The position numbers were made by a program, and so were the translations under genes. Below, one piece after another: positions 58,890 through 64,000 of a DNA stretch of 64,000 nucleotides. Origin of the DNA: Saprospiraceae bacterium (GTDB lineage Bacteria > Bacteroidota > Bacteroidia > Chitinophagales > Saprospiraceae); NCBI GenBank assembly GCA_020436835.1, contig JAGQWZ010000367.1, positions 3,825-67,824 of the forward strand, written 5' to 3'. Below the pieces are notes generated by a model, which saw only the letters and a program-made list of their open reading frames with translations, was not told the origin of the DNA and made no database searches. The number at the start of each line of letters is the position of its first letter. The stretch's first letter is position 1.

Positions 58890-60184
58890 ACCATCTGGAT
58901 GAACGAATAAATATCAGTGAGCAACTGCTCTATTACGTATGGCGATTAAAAAATTTTGATCTCACAGCATTGAAAACCACAACCGGTCAGGAAGTTCAAA
59001 TCATCGACTTTGGACAGCGCAATGTGGATTCAGGACCGGATTTTCATCAGGCGAGAATTAAAATAGATAACCAATTGTGGGTTGGACATGTTGAAATGCA
59101 TGTAAAGTCGAGCGACTGGAACAGGCACCGGCACCAGGAGGACAAAGCTTTCCAAAATGTAATTCTGCATGTCGTGTATGAGGAGGACGAAATAATAACC
59201 CTTCCTAACGGAGAAGAGATGGCATGCCTCGAATTGAAAAATCGGATTGCCCCGGGTATTCTACGGCATTATCGCTACTTGATGCAGGCCCAGGCCTGGA
59301 TTCCCTGTGCAAGAAACGAGCGCGTAATTTCAGGTCCTGCCTTACGAGCCTGGTATGAACGGGTCCTGGTAGAACGGCTGGCAAACAAAACAAACAGAAT
59401 TAGTCAGGTATTGGAGAAAACCGAACAGGATTGGGAAGAAACATTTTATCGGCTACTGGGGCGAAATTTCGGATTTAATGTAAATGCGGATGCTTTTGAA
59501 GCCTTGCTGATCTCGTTACCGAGAAAGATTTTATTTAAGCATAAAGATAAATTACTACAAATAGAAGCCTTGCTATTTGGTCAGGCAGGCCTTCTGGATG
59601 AAAGCTACGAGGATGATTATGCCAGGGATCTTAAAAGTGAATATGAATATTTACGGAGGAAATATTCGCTGATACCAATTCAGTCCCATTTATGGAAATT
59701 TATGAGGATGAGGCCGGCTAATTTTCCCACTATTCGACTCGCCCAGTTTGCTGTTCTATTTTATAAAACCGCACATTTATTTAGTAAAATGCTGGCAGCG
59801 AAATCAGTCAAAGAAATTCATCATATGTTTGAATCAGATGTTTCCGGATACTGGAAGAGTCATTATACCTTTGACAAGAGTTCGGATAAAAAATCTAAAA
59901 AACTAGGTAAAAATTCTATTGAGCTAATTCTTATAAATACAGTAGTGCCTTTTTTATTTCGATATGGTCAGGTCCACATGCAACAACATTTGATTGATAG
60001 AGCCATTTCCTTTTTGGACGATTTGCCAGCAGAAAAAAATCAAATAATTAAGCACTTTCGATCTCTAAGTTTTCCCGTAAACAGCGCACTTGATTCGCAG
60101 GCATTGCTGCAATTAAAATCAACATATTGTGATAGCAGGCGCTGTCTCGACTGTGCGATTGGAAATTCAATTTTGAAGTCCTGA
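58886..60184 (+). CDS. DUF2851 family protein
   Basis: LLYYVWRLKNF...NVDSGPDFHQARIKIDNQLWVGHVEMHVKSSDWNRHRHQED..FQNVILHVVYE matches the DUF2851 N-terminal pattern as I remember it. TTG start overlaps the folA stop, so the exact start is uncertain. Confidence 0.8.
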   Translation: MNHLDERINISEQLLYYVWRLKNFDLTALKTTTGQEVQIIDFGQRNVDSGPDFHQARIKIDNQLWVGHVEMHVKSSDWNRHRHQEDKAFQNVILHVVYEEDEIITLPNGEEMACLELKNRIAPGILRHYRYLMQAQAWIPCARNERVISGPALRAWYERVLVERLANKTNRISQVLEKTEQDWEETFYRLLGRNFGFNVNADAFEALLISLPRKILFKHKDKLLQIEALLFGQAGLLDESYEDDYARDLKSEYEYLRRKYSLIPIQSHLWKFMRMRPANFPTIRLAQFAVLFYKTAHLFSKMLAAKSVKEIHHMFESDVSGYWKSHYTFDKSSDKKSKKLGKNSIELILINTVVPFLFRYGQVHMQQHLIDRAISFLDDLPAEKNQIIKHFRSLSFPVNSALDSQALLQLKSTYCDSRRCLDCAIGNSILKS

Positions 60185-60185
60185 T

Positions 60186-61250
60186 ATGATACAGACTTTT
60201 TTGTTTAGAGTTTTGATGGCACCTTTCGCCTTGTTATATGGGGCGGGTATATATCTGCGAAATCTATTCTATGAAATTGGTATTTTAAAAGAGGTTAGTT
60301 TTAATCTGCCGATTATCTCTGTTGGAAATCTTACCGTAGGTGGTACAGGTAAAACACCACACATCGAATACCTGGTAAGCTGGTTGTCTGAATACCTCAA
60401 CCTTGCCGTTTTGAGTAGAGGATATAAAAGAAAAACAAAAGGATTTCTGGAAGTCACCCAAAGAAGTAATGCAGATTTAAGCGGCGACGAACCACTGCAA
60501 TACAAAAGGAAGTATCCCGGTGTAGGGGTTTATGTTTCGGAAAGCAGAGTCCTGGGAATCCCTAAAATAATGTCCCTGCGACCAGACATCCAGTTGGTCT
60601 TATTGGATGATGCTTTTCAACACCGTGCAGTTAAACCGGATATCAATATTCTATTGACTGAATATAATCGTCTTTTTACTTCCGATTTCCTTTTACCGAT
60701 GGGTAGGCTGAGGGAGTGGAGAAATGCTTCCAAACGTGCAGACATGATCATTGTCACCAAATGCCCCCATAATCTGACCGATACAGATAAAGAAAAGGTT
60801 AGAAATAAGATAGAATTAAGAAAGAGACAACAATTGTATTTTACGTCCTACCAATATAGTCCTTTGTATCATCTGCTCTATCCTCAGATTCAGGTAAAAC
60901 TGCAGGCAAACATGCATGCATTAGTGATCTGTGCCATTGCAAATACCGATTATTTACTGGATTACTTAGAAACACAGGTAGAATCAGTCCAGGTTTTGGA
61001 GTATGAAGACCATCATGATTTCAGCAGCTATGAAATCGCTCAACTAAAATCCCAGTATGAAGCCATCGAGGAACAGAATAAAATAATTATCACTACTGAA
61101 AAGGATGCAGTCAGGTTGGAAAAGCATTTTCATTATTTGAGAAAGGAGGAAATTCCTGTGTTCGTATTACCTGCGCAGGTCCGTTTCCTCGAGCGAGAGG
61201 AAGATTTTCAGGATTATATCAAACAATATTTGTTGGAATTTAAATCGTGA
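60186..61250 (+). CDS. lpxK: tetraacyldisaccharide 4'-kinase
   Basis: P-loop GNLTVGGTGKTP, plus LSRGYKRK and LLDDAFQH. Confidence 0.92.
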   Translation: MIQTFLFRVLMAPFALLYGAGIYLRNLFYEIGILKEVSFNLPIISVGNLTVGGTGKTPHIEYLVSWLSEYLNLAVLSRGYKRKTKGFLEVTQRSNADLSGDEPLQYKRKYPGVGVYVSESRVLGIPKIMSLRPDIQLVLLDDAFQHRAVKPDINILLTEYNRLFTSDFLLPMGRLREWRNASKRADMIIVTKCPHNLTDTDKEKVRNKIELRKRQQLYFTSYQYSPLYHLLYPQIQVKLQANMHALVICAIANTDYLLDYLETQVESVQVLEYEDHHDFSSYEIAQLKSQYEAIEEQNKIIITTEKDAVRLEKHFHYLRKEEIPVFVLPAQVRFLEREEDFQDYIKQYLLEFKS

Positions 61251-61254
61251 CCAA

Positions 61255-63015
61255 TTGCTAAAGCGAGCTATATTAATCGGTCTTTTTTTACGAATAGCAG
61301 CAAATGCTTTTTCTCAAAGCCCCTACCTGCCCTTAAACGATATTCCCTATCACTGGCTGGACCGGCTGGATGTAATTTATTCCAATCCAACAAATCTGCA
61401 TTTGTCACTTAAAGGTGTCGCTCGAAAAGATGTTGCCGCCATGGCGCTGGCGATCGATTCTCTGTATCCGGAAGTACCCGAAACCACATACGCTGATCTG
61501 CAGTGGTTGGTTGATCAAAATAATGATTGGGTGAATCGTAATACCCGTTCTGTGGCTCAAATGCAACTCGTTGACAGTTCAAATTTGTTTTATGGATATG
61601 AGGAAAGCGCTGAACAGAAAGTGATAATTCCCCAGGAAAGCAGGAGGACAGTCTTAAAGCATTTTTACAAAACCCCAGCACATTTATTTGAAGTAAATAC
61701 CGGAGATTTTACCCTCCGGATTAACCCCTTGTTAAATTTCAGATTAGCGGGAAATAACAATGATGATCAACTTCTGTTCGAAAACCAAAGAGGGATCAGT
61801 ATCCGGGGTGCAATTGATTCCAAGGTTTACTTCCATACGGAAATTCTGGAAAGCCAGGCGCGATACCCTGCGTATGTAAATGAATTTCGAAGTAAATATT
61901 CTGCTGTACCGGGAGCTGGATTTTATAAGTCATATGTCAGTAACATATTTAGCATCGATGATGGTGTCGATTTCCTGCTGGCCAATGCATATGTTGGAAC
62001 AAACATATCTAAGCACGTTCATCTGGAATTGGGGCATGGCAGGCATTTTATTGGAAATGGGATCAGATCTCTTTTCTTATCGGATTTTTCCACAGACTAT
62101 TTCTATCTGAAACTAAATACCAGGATCTGGAAATTTCATTATCAAAATATATTCGGAGAGCTATTACAGGAGCGAAGAGGGAGGGGAGATATGCTTTTAC
62201 CAAAAAAGTATTTTGCCGCACATTATCTCAGTTTGAATATCCGCCGGAATCTTTATGTCGGACTATTCGAAACCGTGGTCTTTGCCCGGGAAAATCAATT
62301 TGAACTACAATATTTAAATCCGGTTATTCTGTACCGAACTGTCGAAGGAGCCATCGGGAGTCCCGATAATGTATTACTCGGCATAGATCTCAAATATAAT
62401 CTTTGGCGGAAATTGTCTCTGTACTCGCAGTTCATACTGGATGAATTTAAGATTGGAGAGCTAAGGGCAAGGAGTGGATGGTGGGCCAATAAGTATGCGT
62501 TTCAAATAGGTCTGAAGGTATTTGACCTATTTGACATCTCTCATCTGGACGCACAATTTGAATATAACGTATCCCGTCCCTACACGTATTCCCATCGAAC
62601 GGGTGTGGCAAATTATAGCCATTACAGTCAGAGTCTGGCTCATCCACTTGGAGCTAATTTCCGTGAGGGCTTGTTTCGTCTTCGGTACCAGCCAAATGAG
62701 AAATGGTTTTTTATTTTACGTGCCGTTACCATGCACCAGGGTGAAGACCAGGATACATTAAACTACGGGTCTAATATTCTGCTACCCAATGATAACCGCG
62801 TTCAGGATTACGGAAATGAGATTTTACAGGGAGTTAGAGCGGACATCTTCATGATTGGTCTGGAGGTCAGTTATCAGTTGAAACACGGCTTGTACCTGGA
62901 TGTCTTTTATCAATCCAGAAATAAAGAAAGTGCTCTGGTAACGAGGGAGTCGCAAAATAGCTACATCGGAACCGGTATTCGCTGGAATCTGGGGCGAAGA
63001 TGGTTGGAATTTTAG
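61255..63015 (+). CDS. outer-membrane beta-barrel protein, possibly capsule assembly Wzi family
   Basis: TTG start and signal peptide MLKRAILIGLFLRIAANAFSQ. An N-terminal helical segment (YHWLDRLDV) is followed by alternating aromatic beta-strand patterns, ending WLEF. The Wzi assignment is from memory of the family's N-terminal motif only. Confidence 0.45.
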   Translation: MLKRAILIGLFLRIAANAFSQSPYLPLNDIPYHWLDRLDVIYSNPTNLHLSLKGVARKDVAAMALAIDSLYPEVPETTYADLQWLVDQNNDWVNRNTRSVAQMQLVDSSNLFYGYEESAEQKVIIPQESRRTVLKHFYKTPAHLFEVNTGDFTLRINPLLNFRLAGNNNDDQLLFENQRGISIRGAIDSKVYFHTEILESQARYPAYVNEFRSKYSAVPGAGFYKSYVSNIFSIDDGVDFLLANAYVGTNISKHVHLELGHGRHFIGNGIRSLFLSDFSTDYFYLKLNTRIWKFHYQNIFGELLQERRGRGDMLLPKKYFAAHYLSLNIRRNLYVGLFETVVFARENQFELQYLNPVILYRTVEGAIGSPDNVLLGIDLKYNLWRKLSLYSQFILDEFKIGELRARSGWWANKYAFQIGLKVFDLFDISHLDAQFEYNVSRPYTYSHRTGVANYSHYSQSLAHPLGANFREGLFRLRYQPNEKWFFILRAVTMHQGEDQDTLNYGSNILLPNDNRVQDYGNEILQGVRADIFMIGLEVSYQLKHGLYLDVFYQSRNKESALVTRESQNSYIGTGIRWNLGRRWLEF

Positions 63016-64000
63016 TTCTCTTCCTTTATTCTGATGTTTCTGAAATGCACTTCTGAACCATGCCCGAGGAAACCTATATGCCCCTTTAGTCGCTTTAGTC
63101 CCGGATGTTCCTTACCATCCAGCGTACCATTGCGGGTTGCGGTATCCAGGTCGTCAAAGACGATTCGCTTATTGTTGACAGTTACCCAGATCTGGTTTCC
63201 TTTTACCCTGACTTCTTCTGAATTCCACTCACCCACCGGCTTTAATGCACCTTTAGCGGCAGGCACTAAGCCATAAACAGATCCATGATACTGATAGTCT
63301 TTCAAATTGGCATAGATAGGTGAGGAGTTATCCAGAATTTGAATTTCTTTCCCCACATAGGCAGCGTCTCCTTCCAGCGGGGCATGGATGCCCAATCCAT
63401 TGTTTGCACCGGGAGTCAGTTTAAATTCAAACCGGATGATGAAATTATCATATTCTTTCTCCGTGTAAAGATTACCGTGTCCGCCACTTCCGCCAGGATA
63501 GATGACGATCTCGCCATCTTTCACGATATAATCCGTTTTGTTCCCCACCCATCCATCTAAATTGATTCCATTGAAGATGCGGGTATATCCCTCTGATTTT
63601 TCCCGGTCGTTGAGCTCGGGAGCACTTTCTATCTCTCTGAGATAAATATCTCTGAATTGCAGATTTGTGCCATGAGCCTGTAATTCGATCGGACCGGAGC
63701 GAAAGATCGGTAGCTCCCTATTCCAATAGTTTTCCAGTGTGACTCTATCAGTCACCAGTGTGCCATTAAGGTAGACAGTCACTTTGTCCTGGATCATAAT
63801 GATTCGGAAGGTATTCCACTCACCAACTGCATTGTCGGCAACTACCAGGGGCTTACTCGCATTTTCCTGATTATTATACAGTCCTCCTGATCCCACCTCA
63901 GCTCCAATGTCGGTCAGGGAAGTATCCCAGATCTGTACCTGGGGAGAACCACGCAAGTAGATTCCACTATCGCCATTCTTGGTAATTTTCCAGTCGACAA
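63012..64000 (-). CDS. tandem DUF1080 (3-keto-disaccharide hydrolase-like) domain protein, 5' end outside the window
   Basis: The reading frame stays open upstream of the track's TTG at 63956, up to the window edge (VDWKITKNGDSGIYLRGSPQVQIWD). Two jelly-roll modules each end in a family-typical string: IELQAHGTNLQFRDIYLREI and IGFLGHGSEVHFRNIRIKE. Confidence 0.78.
   Translation of the reverse strand, partial: VDWKITKNGDSGIYLRGSPQVQIWDTSLTDIGAEVGSGGLYNNQENASKPLVVADNAVGEWNTFRIIMIQDKVTVYLNGTLVTDRVTLENYWNRELPIFRSGPIELQAHGTNLQFRDIYLREIESAPELNDREKSEGYTRIFNGINLDGWVGNKTDYIVKDGEIVIYPGGSGGHGNLYTEKEYDNFIIRFEFKLTPGANNGLGIHAPLEGDAAYVGKEIQILDNSSPIYANLKDYQYHGSVYGLVPAAKGALKPVGEWNSEEVRVKGNQIWVTVNNKRIVFDDLDTATRNGTLDGKEHPGLKRLKGHIGFLGHGSEVHFRNIRIKEEN

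Noticed and set aside
1-64000. Looked for rRNA, tRNA, tmRNA, RNase P-like strings, CRISPR repeats, transposases, integrases, phage genes, restriction-modification, toxin-antitoxin or other defence modules.
   Set aside because: None recognised. All large ORFs have housekeeping-type or envelope-type assignments. The intergenic gaps (at most about 325 nt) show no cloverleaf-like or repeat-spacer structure by eye. A covariance-model scan (Infernal/Rfam, tRNAscan-SE) would be the decisive check.

Overview
The window reads as a densely packed (about 90% coding) chromosomal core region of a Bacteroidota genome. Three things support that phylum: gldE-gldD gliding genes in the conserved mutY-ssb-gldE-gldD order, proteins carrying T9SS type A and type B C-terminal sorting domains, and TAnnTTTG -7 promoter boxes upstream of several genes. 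I support about 55 protein-coding genes, mostly housekeeping. They cover replication and repair (dnaB, dnaN, recA, ssb, mutY, rnhB), translation (aspS, rpsF-rpsR-rplI) and cell shape or envelope (mreBCD-mrdA, lpxK), plus folA, hemA, nadD and bshA. I recognised no rRNA, tRNA, CRISPR array, transposase, integrase, phage gene or known defence system. I do not see a clear-cut novel system. The best second-look candidates are: (1) a CarH/LitR-like MerR regulator with non-canonical cofactor motifs, next to yceI and bshA; (2) a 1130-aa protein with an Omp85-type barrel preceded by PD40 repeats and a degenerate peptidase-MA-like domain instead of POTRA domains; (3) an ECF sigma / anti-sigma / internally duplicated secreted protein operon; (4) tandem exported thioredoxin paralogs divergent from a DUF1800/DUF1501 pair; (5) a genome-style feature in which every convergent gene pair abuts or shares its stop codons. 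All functional calls come from motif recognition by eye and memory of protein families. No database search was run.
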